Below are positions 9,211 through 19,841 of a stretch of DNA of 64,000 bases, piece after piece. The stretch's first letter is position 1. Each line of letters begins with the position of its first letter. A program made the position numbers and the translations under genes. The stretch is from the NCBI GenBank assembly GCA_028292435.1, contig JAQGMI010000106.1, forward strand, positions 23,974 through 87,973, read 5' to 3'. Under the pieces are notes generated by a model. That model did not search any database. It worked only from the letters and a program-made list of their open reading frames with translations, and had not been told where the DNA came from. The DNA comes from Betaproteobacteria bacterium. Lineage in GTDB: Bacteria; Pseudomonadota; Gammaproteobacteria; Burkholderiales; SG8-41.

Positions 9211-12200
9211 TCAGCCCGCGAGTTCGCTGAAGACGAGCCGGACCTTCGCTACACGCTCATCGACTTCGTGCAGGTCGGCATTGACTCGGAGGCGGTCCTG
9301 GCCGTTCAACTTGTAATGCTTGTTGCGCTGGATCAGCTTGACCACGCGGCCGGCGTCGATCGGGGGATTCGGGATGAACTGGAGCTGCACGCCGGATTCG
9401 GAAGCGTCGATGCGCGCGATGCCGAGCGGCTTGCCGAGCACTCGCAGGCGATGCGTTTCGAGCAGGGTCTTCGCGTGCGGCGGCAGGAGGCCGAAGCGGT
9501 CGATGAGTTCTTCGTGCATCGCGTCAAGCGCTTCGAGCGTTTCGCAGTTCGCGAGCCGCTTGTAAATCACGAGCCGCTCGTGAATATCGTTGCAGTAATT
9601 GTCGGGGAGCAGTGCGGGCGCATGCAAATTGATTTCGGTTGTGACGCCAAGCGGGGCCGACAAGTCGGGCTCGACACCTTGCTTGAGCGATTTGACCGCG
9701 GTGTCGAGCATCGCACAATAAAGGTTGAAGCCAACTTCCTGCATCTCGCCGGACTGCGATTCGCCAAGCACTTCGCCGGCGCCGCGAATTTCGAGATCGT
9801 GCATCGCGAGGAAGAAGCCGGAGCCGAGTTCTTCCATCTGCTGGATCGCCTCGAGCCGCTTCTTGGCCTGGCTTGTGATGCTGCCTTCGTCCGGCAGCAG
9901 CAGATAAGCGTACGCCTGGTGGTGCGAGCGGCCGACACGCCCGCGCAGCTGGTGCAATTGCGCTAGTCCGAATTTGTCGGCGCGGCTGATAATAATCGTG
10001 TTCGCGGTCGGCACGTCGATGCCGGTCTCGATGATCGTCGTGCATAACAGGATGTTGAAGCGCTGCTGGTAGAAGTCGCGCATCGCCATTTCAAGCTCGC
10101 GCTCGCGCATCTGGCCGTGCGCAATGCGGATCCGTGCTTCGGGCACCAGCCGCGCGAGGCTGTCCTCGATCTGGCCGATCGTATCAACATCGTTGTGCAG
10201 GAAGTAAACCTGGCCGCCGCGTTTGAGTTCGCGCAGCATCGCCTCCCGGATCAGGCCCTTGCTATGGCGTGAAACGAAAGTCTTGATCGCGAGACGGCGC
10301 TGCGGCGCGGTGGCGATCACCGAAAAGTCGCGCAGGCCTTCGAGCGCCATGCCGAGCGTGCGCGGAATTGGCGTTGCGGTCAGTGTCAGGACATCGACTT
10401 CGGCGCGCAGCGCTTTGAGTTTTTCCTTTTGACGCACGCCAAAGCGGTGTTCTTCATCAATGATGACGAGCCCGAGGTTTTTGAGCTTGATGTCGTGCCC
10501 CAAAAGCTTGTGCGTGCCGATCACGATATCGACGCGGCCATCGGCCAGTGCCGTCAGCGTTTCGCTTACTTGTTTAGGCGAGCGGAAGCGCGACAGTTCG
10601 GCGATCTTCACCGGCCAGTCGGCGAAACGGTCGGAGAACGTGTTGAAGTGCTGTTCGGCGAGCAGCGTCGTCGGCACCAGCACGACAACCTGTTTACCTT
10701 CATTGACCGCAACAAATGCCGCGCGCAGCGCAACTTCAGTCTTGCCAAAGCCCACATCGCCGCAGATCAGCCGATCCATCGGCTTGCCTTGCTGCAGATC
10801 GTTGAGCGTCGCGGTGATCGCGGCTTTCTGATCGGGTGTTTCCTCGAACGGGAAAGCATCGCTGAATGCTTCGTAGTCGTGCTGCTGCAGTTTGAACGCG
10901 TGACCTTCGCGCAAGGCGCGCTGGGCGTAAAGATTCAAGAGTTCAGCCGCCGTATCTCGCACTTGTGCAGCGGCTTTCTTTTTCGCCTTGTCCCACTGCC
11001 CGCTGCCCAGATCGTGAAGCGGGGCAGTTTCGGGTGCTGCGCCGCTGTAACGGCTGATCAAATGCAACTGCGATACCGGCACGTACAGCTTATCGCCGCG
11101 GGTGTATTCGAGCGTCAGGAACTCCGTCGCGCCTTCGCCGAGATCGAGATTCTGCAAGCCTAAGTAGCGGCCGATACCGTGCTGTATGTGCACGACGGGA
11201 TCGCCGATTTTGACTTCCGACAGATCGCGCAGCATGCCTTCGCTGGTCGCTTTGCGCGCTTCGCGTTCGCGGCGCGTGCGGACTTGCGATGCATACAGCT
11301 CGTTCTCGGTGATGATCGCGAGCTTGCGGTCGTCGAGCAGAAATCCCGCCGCAAGCGGCCCGACACCGAGGCAGACCGGCGCATCGCTCGCGAGGAATTC
11401 GCCGTACGTTCCGCACGGGGCGGGCCGGATGCCGTGCTCGCGAAAATACTCAAGCATGGTTTCGCGCCGGCCAAGCGCTTCCGCCAATACCAGCGTGCGG
11501 CCGTCATAACCGGCAATGAATGCCTGCAGCTTGTTCAGCGGCTCATCGGCACGGCGGTCGACTGCAACCGTGGGCAGTGCCGACGTATTCGAGCCCGCTT
11601 GCGGTTCTTCCTCAGAAACGGATTCAGTGTCGCCCGCCGCCGGCATCTCGATGCGCGCGAACGGCTTGATCGCACCGAAGAATGCGTCGGTCGTCAGAAA
11701 CAATTCGCGCGGCGGCAGCAGGGGTTGGCTGCGGTCGCCGCCGAGCAGGTCGTAGCGCGCCTGCGTGTCCTGCCAGAATTGCTCGATGCACGGCTGCACG
11801 TCATGATGCAGTACGAGCGTGGTGTGCGGCGGCAGGTAATCAGTCAACAGCGCGGTGTGCTCGAAAAAAAGCGGCAGGTAATATTCGATGCCCGCGGGCG
11901 CAATACCGTTGCTGACGTCTTTATATAGCCGCGAGCGAGACGGGTCTCCCTCAAAGCGCGAGCGGAAATTGCGGCGAAACATCGTCTGCCCGTCTTCGTC
12001 GAGCGGAAACTCGCGCGCGGGCAGCAGCCGCACTTCGTTGACCTTATAGATGCTGCGCTGGGTGTCGACGTCGAAGCTGCGGATCGATTCGATCTGGTCG
12101 TCGAAGAGGTCGAGCCGGTAAGGCAGCGCACTGCCCATCGGAAACAAGTCGATCAGGCCGCCGCGAAAACTGTATTCGCCCGGCGACAACACCTGCGCGA

Positions 12201-12642
12201 CGTGCGTGTAGCCGGCGATCGTCAATTGCTTGCGCAGTTCGTCTGCGGCGAGCGATTCGCCCTGCTTGAAGAAGAACGTGCGCGCGGCTAAGTATTCGAT
12301 CGGCGCGAATCGATACAACGCCGTTGTCACCGGCACGATCGCGATGTCGAACGCCTGCTGTGTGATCTGGTACAGGGTCGCCAGCCGCTCCGAGACGAGA
12401 TCGTGGTGCGGCGAGAAACTGTCGTAGGGCAGGGTTTCCCAATCCGGCAGCAGGTGGACTTTCAGCGCCGGATTGAAGTACGGGATCTCATCGAGCAGGC
12501 GCTGCGCGTCGGCGGCCGTCGCGGTTATCACGAGCAGCGGGCGCACCTTGCCCGCCAGTTCGGCGAGCGCGAGCGCATCAGCCGATCCGTGATACGGGCC
12601 CACCCGGCTTTTGTGGCCGGGCGGCTGTGCTTCCATTAACAT
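9211..12642 (-). CDS. mfd: Transcription-repair coupling factor Mfd
   Basis: PDWETLPYD, RID region (VVHIQHGIGRY), GDVGFGKTEVA, DEEHRFG, QLRGRVGR, TRCF C-terminus; start 12642 or 12636. Confidence 0.98.
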   Translation of the reverse strand: MLMEAQPPGHKSRVGPYHGSADALALAELAGKVRPLLVITATAADAQRLLDEIPYFNPALKVHLLPDWETLPYDSFSPHHDLVSERLATLYQITQQAFDIAIVPVTTALYRFAPIEYLAARTFFFKQGESLAADELRKQLTIAGYTHVAQVLSPGEYSFRGGLIDLFPMGSALPYRLDLFDDQIESIRSFDVDTQRSIYKVNEVRLLPAREFPLDEDGQTMFRRNFRSRFEGDPSRSRLYKDVSNGIAPAGIEYYLPLFFEHTALLTDYLPPHTTLVLHHDVQPCIEQFWQDTQARYDLLGGDRSQPLLPPRELFLTTDAFFGAIKPFARIEMPAAGDTESVSEEEPQAGSNTSALPTVAVDRRADEPLNKLQAFIAGYDGRTLVLAEALGRRETMLEYFREHGIRPAPCGTYGEFLASDAPVCLGVGPLAAGFLLDDRKLAIITENELYASQVRTRREREARKATSEGMLRDLSEVKIGDPVVHIQHGIGRYLGLQNLDLGEGATEFLTLEYTRGDKLYVPVSQLHLISRYSGAAPETAPLHDLGSGQWDKAKKKAAAQVRDTAAELLNLYAQRALREGHAFKLQQHDYEAFSDAFPFEETPDQKAAITATLNDLQQGKPMDRLICGDVGFGKTEVALRAAFVAVNEGKQVVVLVPTTLLAEQHFNTFSDRFADWPVKIAELSRFRSPKQVSETLTALADGRVDIVIGTHKLLGHDIKLKNLGLVIIDEEHRFGVRQKEKLKALRAEVDVLTLTATPIPRTLGMALEGLRDFSVIATAPQRRLAIKTFVSRHSKGLIREAMLRELKRGGQVYFLHNDVDTIGQIEDSLARLVPEARIRIAHGQMRERELEMAMRDFYQQRFNILLCTTIIETGIDVPTANTIIISRADKFGLAQLHQLRGRVGRSHHQAYAYLLLPDEGSITSQAKKRLEAIQQMEELGSGFFLAMHDLEIRGAGEVLGESQSGEMQEVGFNLYCAMLDTAVKSLKQGVEPDLSAPLGVTTEINLHAPALLPDNYCNDIHERLVIYKRLANCETLEALDAMHEELIDRFGLLPPHAKTLLETHRLRVLGKPLGIARIDASESGVQLQFIPNPPIDAGRVVKLIQRNKHYKLNGQDRLRVNADLHEVDERVAKVRLVFSELAG

Positions 12643-12716
12643 TGTTTCTATTGCGAAAAAGGCCGCATTATACAGGCCTTGGCAGCGTTCGCCCGAGAGC
12701 CCTGCGAGTTAATGCA

Positions 12717-13694
12717 TTAGTCGACGCGCATCCCCGATTCGCGTATCACCTTTGCCCATTTAATCTGCTCGCTTGTCACGAACGCGCGGAATTCTTCCGG
12801 CGTGCCGTGTGCGACGTCGGCGCCGGAAGCGGCGAAGCGCTCACGCATTTCGGATGAGGTCAGCACGCGCAGGAGTTCGGCATTTAGTTTGGCAATCAGC
12901 GGTCGCGGCGTCGCGACCGGCGCGAGCACGCCGTTCCAGATGTTGGCCTGATATCCGCTGACGCCGGATTCCGCGACGGTGGGCACGTCGGGCGCCAGCG
13001 GCGAACGCTGCGGACCGGTCATGCCGAGCGCTTTCAATTTGCCGGATTTCACGTGCGGCAGCGCTGCCGTCATGCTCGGAAAAGACAATTGAACGTGGCC
13101 GCCGAGCACATCGGTCATCGCCTGCGCCGTGCCTTTGTAAGTTACGTGCACGAGCGTGATGCCCGTCATGTAGCCCAGCAAAGCACCGGCGAGATTCGCG
13201 GGCGAGCCGTTGCCGGACGAGGCGTAATTCAATTGTCCGGGTTTGGTTTTAGCGAGCGCGATCAGGTCTTTGGCCGTCGTCGCCGGCAACCCCGGGAATG
13301 CGGCGAGTATCAGCGGCGTCGAACCGACGATCGTGATCGGCGCGAGATCGCGCTGACCGTCGTACGGCATCGATTTGATGAGGCTCGGATTGGTCGCGAG
13401 CGAACTGGCGACGAGCACCAGCGTGTGACCGTCGGGCGCGGACTTGACCGCAAGGTCGGTGCCGATAATGCCGTTCGCGCCGGCGCGGTTGTCGACGACG
13501 ATTTGCTGACCGATGTTCTGGCTCAATTGCTGGGCGATCAGGCGCGCCATGATGTCGGCATTGCCGCCGGGCGCATACGGCACGATCAGGCGAACGGGGT
13601 GCGACGGGAAATCAGGGGTTGCGGCGAGTGCGGACGTCGTCGCTGCAAGCACTGTGCAAGCGAATGGTACTGACTTCAGCCAGGTCAACGCCAT
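12717..13694 (-). CDS. Bug/TctC substrate-binding protein
   Basis: FPSHPVRLIVPYAPGG, DNRAGANG, PDGHTL, VTYKG; ATG 13694 lies 1 bp after the amrS stop. Confidence 0.92.
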   Translation of the reverse strand: MALTWLKSVPFACTVLAATTSALAATPDFPSHPVRLIVPYAPGGNADIMARLIAQQLSQNIGQQIVVDNRAGANGIIGTDLAVKSAPDGHTLVLVASSLATNPSLIKSMPYDGQRDLAPITIVGSTPLILAAFPGLPATTAKDLIALAKTKPGQLNYASSGNGSPANLAGALLGYMTGITLVHVTYKGTAQAMTDVLGGHVQLSFPSMTAALPHVKSGKLKALGMTGPQRSPLAPDVPTVAESGVSGYQANIWNGVLAPVATPRPLIAKLNAELLRVLTSSEMRERFAASGADVAHGTPEEFRAFVTSEQIKWAKVIRESGMRVD

Positions 13695-13695
13695 C

Positions 13696-14769
13696 TCAGC
13701 GCCGGTCGATCGCGAGTGGAATCCGCCGGCGGCCGAACTGGCCTTCGAACAGCTCGAACTCGCCGACGATCGCCGTCGCGCATTGCGGGCATTTCGATTC
13801 GGCACTCAGCTTGTACGACTTGATCTGATGCCAGTCGCGCACGATCAACGGCGTATTGCATCCCGGGCAGTAGGTTGTTCCGCCATCGAGATCATGCACG
13901 TTGCCGGTGTAGACGTAGTTCAGCCCGGTATCGAGCGCAATCTGGCGCGAGCGGGTCAATGTCGCGGGCGGCGTTGCGGCGATGTCCGTCATTTTATGGT
14001 CGGGGTGAAACGCGGTGAAATGCAGCGGGACGTCAGGACCGAGTTCGCGCATGATCCAGTCGCACATCGCAGTGACTTCCTCGACCGAATCGTTCTTGCC
14101 CGGAATCAGCAGCGTCGTGATCTCGAACCACACATTCGTTTCGTGCTTTAAATAGGCGAGCGTCTCCAGCACCGGCTTCAGGTGCGCGCCGCACAGCTTG
14201 AAGTAGAACTCGTCGGTAAACGCCTTGAGATCGACGTTGGCCGCATCCATCTTGGCGTAGAAGTCGTGGCGCGGAATGTCGTGTATGTAACCGGCAGTCA
14301 CGGCGACGGTGTTGATGCCTTTCGTGTGACACGCATCGGCAACGTCCATCGCATACTCGGCGAAGATCACCGGGTCGTTATACGTAAACGCGATGCTCTT
14401 GCAGCCGTTCGCCACGGCGGCGTCGGCAATCGCTTCGGGCGTCGCCTGGTCGGCGAGGCGGTCCATGTCTTTCGATTTGCTGATGTCCCAGTTCTGGCAG
14501 AACTTGCACGCGAGATTGCAGCCGGCGGTGCCGAACGACAGCACGCTCGAGCCGGGATAGAAATGATTGAGCGGTTTCTTTTCGATTGGATCGATGCAGA
14601 ACCCGGACGAGCGCCCGTAGGTCGTCAGCAACATCACGTCGCCGACGCGCTGGCGCACGAAGCACGCGCCGCGCTGGCCTTCGTGTAATTTGCAGTCGCG
14701 GGGGCACAAGTCGCATTGCATGCGGCCGTCGTCGAGCAAGTGCCACCAGCGTCCGGCGTAACCGCTCAT
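13696..14769 (-). CDS. amrS: AmmeMemoRadiSam system radical SAM enzyme
   Basis: CDLCPRDC N-terminus, DPIEKKPLNHF, CNLACKFCQN (CxxxCxxC), FTYNDP, FHPD, NYVYTGN, CPGC. Confidence 0.93.
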   Translation of the reverse strand: MSGYAGRWWHLLDDGRMQCDLCPRDCKLHEGQRGACFVRQRVGDVMLLTTYGRSSGFCIDPIEKKPLNHFYPGSSVLSFGTAGCNLACKFCQNWDISKSKDMDRLADQATPEAIADAAVANGCKSIAFTYNDPVIFAEYAMDVADACHTKGINTVAVTAGYIHDIPRHDFYAKMDAANVDLKAFTDEFYFKLCGAHLKPVLETLAYLKHETNVWFEITTLLIPGKNDSVEEVTAMCDWIMRELGPDVPLHFTAFHPDHKMTDIAATPPATLTRSRQIALDTGLNYVYTGNVHDLDGGTTYCPGCNTPLIVRDWHQIKSYKLSAESKCPQCATAIVGEFELFEGQFGRRRIPLAIDRR

Positions 14770-16187
14770 GAGGCACCATCATCCTCGCGCCACTTCGTCA
14801 CCGTGTAGCGCGACAATTTCACTTCGGGGTCCCAGAAATCCGGCGGCAATCCGGCTTTGTGCCTGAGATGGCCCATGAACAACTGCACATCGCTGAAGTC
14901 CTTCCATACCTGCGGGAGGAAAGTGCTGCGATGGTAGCCGTAATGAAAAATTACGCCGTCGATGCCGGGACGCAATTGCGCGAACGCATCGGCTTCATCG
15001 CGATATTGCATCGGCTCGACCGGCGAGAGTACCGAAACCTCGACGCAGATCGCATCGAATTCCGCAGTGGTCAGCGGCTTGAAGCGCGGATCGCGCAAGG
15101 CGGCGGCAATCGCGTTGGCCTTGACGTCGACGCCGAGCGCGCGATTGGCTTCGAGCGTGCCCATGCAGCCGCGCAGTTGGCCGCTTTGGCTCAATGTCAC
15201 GAAGGAAGCGCCGGTCGTTTGCAGCCACGGCGCACTTTCGTCCGGACATGCGGCGCGCACGCCGAGTTCCGCGGCAATGGCTGCGCGCGCGAGCGGCAGC
15301 AAAACATGTCCAGCATCGGTGGGTATCGTGGCAGCTCCCTGGTTACCATAAAGTGCGGCGCGCGCAGCCTCGGCGCTCATTTCGCGCGGTGCCGGTTTTT
15401 CGTAGAACGCAAACGCGCCATAGCCGACGACCCGGTTGCGATCGCCGGCAGTGTCGCCTGAATTGCGCAAGTCGATCAACTCGGGCGCAAGTCCGCGCGT
15501 ACGGGCCGTCTGCAGCAACCCATTGACGGGCGTTCCGCCGCACGCCTGCTCGTGCGACACGCTTGGACGCAGATCGATAATCGCCTGCGCGGTGACGCGA
15601 TCGACCGCCTGGGCGTCGCCGTAACTCAGGTAATGCGACAGATCCGAACTGATGACGATCAGCGTTTCCGCGCCGCCCCATAGCACGTCGAGCACCTGCG
15701 CGACCTCCGCGGCGCTGGCGTCGCCGACCGCGAGCGGGACCAGCGTAAACTCGTCGAGCGCCTGCTGCAGGAACGGCAGGTGCACTTCAAGCGAGTGCTC
15801 CTGCACGTGCGCCGCCGCGCTCACGGTTACCTGCGGCAATTTTTTGAGCGTGGCGACAGCGACCGCATCGACGCGGATGTTGCCGAGCGGTGTCGCGAGT
15901 TCCTGCGCGGCGGGCAGCGCAAGACCGCGTATCGGCACTCGATGGACAGGCCCCAGCAATACGACTCGCTTGATGATGCCGCGAACCGGGGCGAGTCGTG
16001 CGTACACCGCGGCGGCGACAGGCCCCGAGTAAATATAACCGGCGTGCGGCGCGATGATCGCCTTGGGCGCGTCTTTGCCGCGTGCTGAAGACGCCGCATC
16101 GTTAAGCAACGCGCTCACGACCTGAGCAAGCTCAGGCGCGGTGCCGGGATAAAAAGTACCCGCCACTGCGGGTGCACGTACAGTCAT
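14766..16187 (-). CDS. AmmeMemoRadiSam protein B (Memo-like) fused to protein A (AMMECR1)
   Basis: PAVAGTFYP, PHAGYIYSG, EHSLEV, SSDLSH, CG, NSGD, VVGY (Memo), then FVTL, LRGCMG, DPRF, TFLPQVW (AMMECR1); ATGA overlap with amrS. Confidence 0.93.
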   Translation of the reverse strand: MTVRAPAVAGTFYPGTAPELAQVVSALLNDAASSARGKDAPKAIIAPHAGYIYSGPVAAAVYARLAPVRGIIKRVVLLGPVHRVPIRGLALPAAQELATPLGNIRVDAVAVATLKKLPQVTVSAAAHVQEHSLEVHLPFLQQALDEFTLVPLAVGDASAAEVAQVLDVLWGGAETLIVISSDLSHYLSYGDAQAVDRVTAQAIIDLRPSVSHEQACGGTPVNGLLQTARTRGLAPELIDLRNSGDTAGDRNRVVGYGAFAFYEKPAPREMSAEAARAALYGNQGAATIPTDAGHVLLPLARAAIAAELGVRAACPDESAPWLQTTGASFVTLSQSGQLRGCMGTLEANRALGVDVKANAIAAALRDPRFKPLTTAEFDAICVEVSVLSPVEPMQYRDEADAFAQLRPGIDGVIFHYGYHRSTFLPQVWKDFSDVQLFMGHLRHKAGLPPDFWDPEVKLSRYTVTKWREDDGAS

Positions 16188-16331
16188 TCGATTTCACCTT
16201 GATTGAGCCGAATTATAAGGTGAGGGGCGCCTTAAGAATTATCAAGTCAGCGGGCGCACGCGGTGCGAGCGCCTAAGAGTAAGACATTGAACTGCTGATA
16301 CAATTCCGCGCTGCCGCCATTTGGCTCCGCC

Positions 16332-17030
16332 ATGTCAAAACTCTACGCCTTAATTCCCGCCGCCGGCAGCGGTTCCCGCATGGGGGCCGCCATGCCCAAG
16401 CAGTATCTGCCGCTCGCCGGCAAACCGGTGCTGTATCATGCGGTGCGAAATTTGTGCCGGCACATGGCAATCGATCAGGTCATGGTGGTGCTGGCGCCGG
16501 GCGACACCTGGTTCAAGCAACACGACTGGAGCGAATTCGGGCCCCGCCTGCTGCCGTTGTATTGCGGCGGCGGCGCGCGCGCCAACAGCGTGTTCAACGG
16601 ATTGCTTGCCGCGCGCGACGCGATCGGTGGCGATGATTGGGTGCTCGTGCACGACGCCGTGCGCCCATGTCTTGCAATCGAAACCCTCGAGCGCCTGATC
16701 GAAAGCGTGCGCAACGAACCGACCGGCGGCTTGCTTGCGTTGCCGGTCGTCGATACGTTGAAGCGGGGAACCGCGGACAGTTACGTGCTTAACACCGAAC
16801 CGCGCGACAACCTGTGGTGCGCGCAGACGCCGCAAATGTTTCGCTATCGGCTGCTGCTTGAAGCGTTGCGCGCCGGCGCGCCTGAGAGCGCGACGGATGA
16901 AGCGAGCGCAATCGAGCGCATCGGTCTGAAACCAAAGCTCGTGATGGGCGACAGCCGCAACCTGAAAGTGACTTATCCACAGGACCTCGGCTTGGCTGAA
17001 ACCCTGTTACGCGGCATGGAGCGACTATGA
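16332..17030 (+). CDS. ispD: 2-C-methyl-D-erythritol 4-phosphate cytidylyltransferase
   Basis: [38 protein letters not shown]. Confidence 0.96.
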   Translation: MSKLYALIPAAGSGSRMGAAMPKQYLPLAGKPVLYHAVRNLCRHMAIDQVMVVLAPGDTWFKQHDWSEFGPRLLPLYCGGGARANSVFNGLLAARDAIGGDDWVLVHDAVRPCLAIETLERLIESVRNEPTGGLLALPVVDTLKRGTADSYVLNTEPRDNLWCAQTPQMFRYRLLLEALRAGAPESATDEASAIERIGLKPKLVMGDSRNLKVTYPQDLGLAETLLRGMERL

Positions 17031-17500
17031 GAATCGGGCAGGGCTTTGATGCGCATGCATTGAAAGCAGGCCGCAGGCTGGTGATCGGCGGGGTGACAAT
17101 ACCGCACGACCGCGGCCTCGACGGCCATTCCGACGCTGACGTTCTACTGCACGCGATCTGCGATGCGTTGATCGGCGCGGCGGCGCTTGGCGACATCGGC
17201 AGGCATTTTCCCGACAGCGATGCGCGCTATAAGGGCGTGGACAGCCGCAAGTTGTTGCGCGAGACCGCGGTGCTGCTCGTGAAAAGCGGCTGGCGCGTGG
17301 TGAACGTCGACTCGACCATCATTGCGCAGGCGCCGCGCATGGCGCCGCACATCGCCGGCATGGTTGCCAACATCGCCGCCGACCTCGGGATCGCGCCCGG
17401 CGACGTCAACGTCAAAGCGAAGACCACGGAAAAGCTGGGGTTTACCGGCCGCGAGGAAGGCATCGCCGCCGAAGCCATTGTGCTGATCGCGCCGAAATAA
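17027..17500 (+). CDS. ispF: 2-C-methyl-D-erythritol 2,4-cyclodiphosphate synthase
   Basis: [35 protein letters not shown]; ATGA overlap with ispD. Confidence 0.97.
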   Translation: MRIGQGFDAHALKAGRRLVIGGVTIPHDRGLDGHSDADVLLHAICDALIGAAALGDIGRHFPDSDARYKGVDSRKLLRETAVLLVKSGWRVVNVDSTIIAQAPRMAPHIAGMVANIAADLGIAPGDVNVKAKTTEKLGFTGREEGIAAEAIVLIAPK

Positions 17501-17524
17501 TCGCAGCACATCACGCAGCAAGTC

Positions 17525-18040
17525 ATGCCGCGTTTGTTTTTTGCCTTGTGGCCGGACGAGAGCGTGCGCGACTCGCTGTATGCCGTCGCCCGCGCGGCGC
17601 ATCAGTCAAGCGGCGGCCGCCTCATGCGTCGCGACAATCTGCATCAGACGCTCGTCTTCATCGGCAACGTGGCCGCAGAACGCCGCACGGAAATTGAAAC
17701 AGCGGCCACCGCCATCGATGCGAAATCCTTCAAGCTCGATTTCGGCACGACCGGTTATTGGAAGCACAATCGAATTATCTGGGCGGCGCCGCTCGCGACG
17801 CCGGACGCGCTGACTAACCTGGTCGCCGCGCTCGAAGCAGGATTGGCGCAAGCCGGTATCGATTTCGACAGCCGGCCTTACAGCCCGCATGTCACGCTCG
17901 TGCGCGATGCGCGTGTGCGTGGGTCTTTGCCTGCAATGCAATTCAACTGGCCGCTTCACGATTTTGTGCTCGTCGAGTCGGGCCACGATTCGGGCGGCGT
18001 CGCATACCGCGTCGTTGCCCGCTGGCCGCTGGTCTTTTAA
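17525..18040 (+). CDS. thpR: RNA 2',3'-cyclic phosphodiesterase (2H phosphoesterase)
   Basis: RLFFALWP, two HxT motifs (LHQTL, PHVTL), FVLVES. Confidence 0.9.
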   Translation: MPRLFFALWPDESVRDSLYAVARAAHQSSGGRLMRRDNLHQTLVFIGNVAAERRTEIETAATAIDAKSFKLDFGTTGYWKHNRIIWAAPLATPDALTNLVAALEAGLAQAGIDFDSRPYSPHVTLVRDARVRGSLPAMQFNWPLHDFVLVESGHDSGGVAYRVVARWPLVF

Positions 18041-18046
18041 CGCGGC

Positions 18047-18439
18047 TTATTTTTTCTCGGGAGACGCGGGCTTGCGCGCCGGCGCCGGCTTCGCAGCCGG
18101 GGCGGAATTGGCCAGCTGCTCGACGAGTTGAATCGTAGCGGCGACGAAACTTTGTTGCGGGCTGTTGCTGCAGTACTGGTCGAAGTACTGGTAAAGATCG
18201 TCGCCGCTGGGAAACGCCCCGACTTTCACCTGGCGAGCCGGCGTCGCGTAGTTGTAGCCCGATGCGAAGCCGCGCGCCCAGATTTCGTACTGCTGACGCA
18301 CGAGTTTATTGTCGGCCGAATTAGTCCAGGCAGTGCACGTGGCGTTCTCGGCGGAAAAAATGATATTGATCTGCGGTTCTGCCGCCAGCGCGGTGGTGGC
18401 CGCGAACAGCGAGCCTGCAATGAGTGTAATTGCTTTCAA
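18047..18439 (-). CDS. Secreted hypothetical protein with two Cys (HdeA/Rap1a-like helical pattern)
   Basis: RBS AGGAG then TTG 18439; signal peptide MKAITLIAGSLFAATTALA; TCTAW...WARGF...DQYCSNSP. Confidence 0.65.
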   Translation of the reverse strand: MKAITLIAGSLFAATTALAAEPQINIIFSAENATCTAWTNSADNKLVRQQYEIWARGFASGYNYATPARQVKVGAFPSGDDLYQYFDQYCSNSPQQSFVAATIQLVEQLANSAPAAKPAPARKPASPEKK

Positions 18440-18497
18440 TGGATTCTCCTTTGGCTTGACCAGCGTTGCCGCGTGACCGGGCATGCTAGCAGTATTT

Positions 18498-19841
18498 TTA
18501 TTCCGTCGACGTGGATGGGGTTGGCGTCGGCGCGGCCGGCGCCGGTGAGAATTCGATCCGCGCTTCGAGACCGCCGCCGGTGCGCGGGAGCAGTTGCACG
18601 CTGCCGCCATGCACCTTGGCGATGCGGTCGACGATCGCAAGGCCGAGCCCTGAACCGACCGTGCTGCGCGCCTCATTCAATCGCGTAAACGGTTGCAGCA
18701 TGCGTTCGGCGTCGGCCGGCGGAATGCCCGGGCCGCGATCGAGCACCGACAGGCGAACGCGGTCGTGATCGAGCGCGGTTTCGACTTCGACTTCGTCGCC
18801 GCCGTGGCGCAATGCATTGTCGATCAGGTTCGTGAGCAGGCGCTGCGCCGCAAGCGGCTGCAGCTTGACCGGTGGAACGGCGCTCGTGCGCGCGTTGACC
18901 TGCTTGCCCTGGCGCTCATAGCGTTCGACGACGCCATGCACGACTTCATTCAGATCGAGTTCGGCGGCATTTACCGGTTCGGCGCTTACGCGCGCGAAAT
19001 CGAGAAACTGGTTGATGACGGCATCGATATCCTCGACGTCCTGCACCATGCCGCTGCGCAGGCCCTCGTCGGTCTTCGAATCGAGCATTTCGACGCCGAG
19101 GCGGATGCGCGCAAGCGGCGTGCGCAAATCGTGCGAGACACCGGCGAGCAGCAGCGCGCGATCAGCGTCGGCGCGCTGCAGATCGCGGGTCATCTGGTTA
19201 AATGCGCGGGACAACGTGCGCACCTCCGCCGGGCCGGTTTCAACCACCGGGGGCGGCACGTCGCCGCGGCCGATCGCGGCGGCTGCGCGCGTGAGTTCTC
19301 CAAGCGGGCGGTTGATGCGAGCGACGATGGCGAACGCGCCGATCAACGACAGCACGAGAATGACGACGCCCCAACCGAGCCAGCGCAGCTGATCCGTGCG
19401 TTCGATGCGCTCGCGCGACATGCGCACCCAGTAATCGAGTCCATCGATCGTAAAACTAATCCACACGCCGCGCTCGCCTTCGCGCGTGGCGAGGATGCGC
19501 GTGTCCGGCCCCAGCCGGCGCTGCAGTTCGAGCGTCACCAGTCGCGTGATCGGCCGGTCGGGCAGGGTTTCGACGGACTCGTTGGGCGCATCGGGATAAA
19601 CCTGAATGCCTTCCTGCTGCGACAGGTCGCGCAGCAGGTCGATGCGTTTAGCGGGGTCTGCGGTGATCAGCGCCGAGCGCGTCAGATTGACGACACTCGC
19701 GATCTGCTGCGCGATTTGCACCGCGCGCGGCTCGCGCTCCGCGGCGCGAAAAATCTCGAGCGAGGCGAAATGCCCGGCGACCATCAGCACCGCAAGCAGC
19801 AATACCGTGCGCCACAAGAGGCTGCGCGGCAACAATCTCAT
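18498..19841 (-). CDS. Sensor histidine kinase, EnvZ/RisS-like
   Basis: Two TM helices, HAMP, SHDLRTPL H-box, NLIDNA, DRGPG, GSGLGL. Confidence 0.93.
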   Translation of the reverse strand: MRLLPRSLLWRTVLLLAVLMVAGHFASLEIFRAAEREPRAVQIAQQIASVVNLTRSALITADPAKRIDLLRDLSQQEGIQVYPDAPNESVETLPDRPITRLVTLELQRRLGPDTRILATREGERGVWISFTIDGLDYWVRMSRERIERTDQLRWLGWGVVILVLSLIGAFAIVARINRPLGELTRAAAAIGRGDVPPPVVETGPAEVRTLSRAFNQMTRDLQRADADRALLLAGVSHDLRTPLARIRLGVEMLDSKTDEGLRSGMVQDVEDIDAVINQFLDFARVSAEPVNAAELDLNEVVHGVVERYERQGKQVNARTSAVPPVKLQPLAAQRLLTNLIDNALRHGGDEVEVETALDHDRVRLSVLDRGPGIPPADAERMLQPFTRLNEARSTVGSGLGLAIVDRIAKVHGGSVQLLPRTGGGLEARIEFSPAPAAPTPTPSTSTE

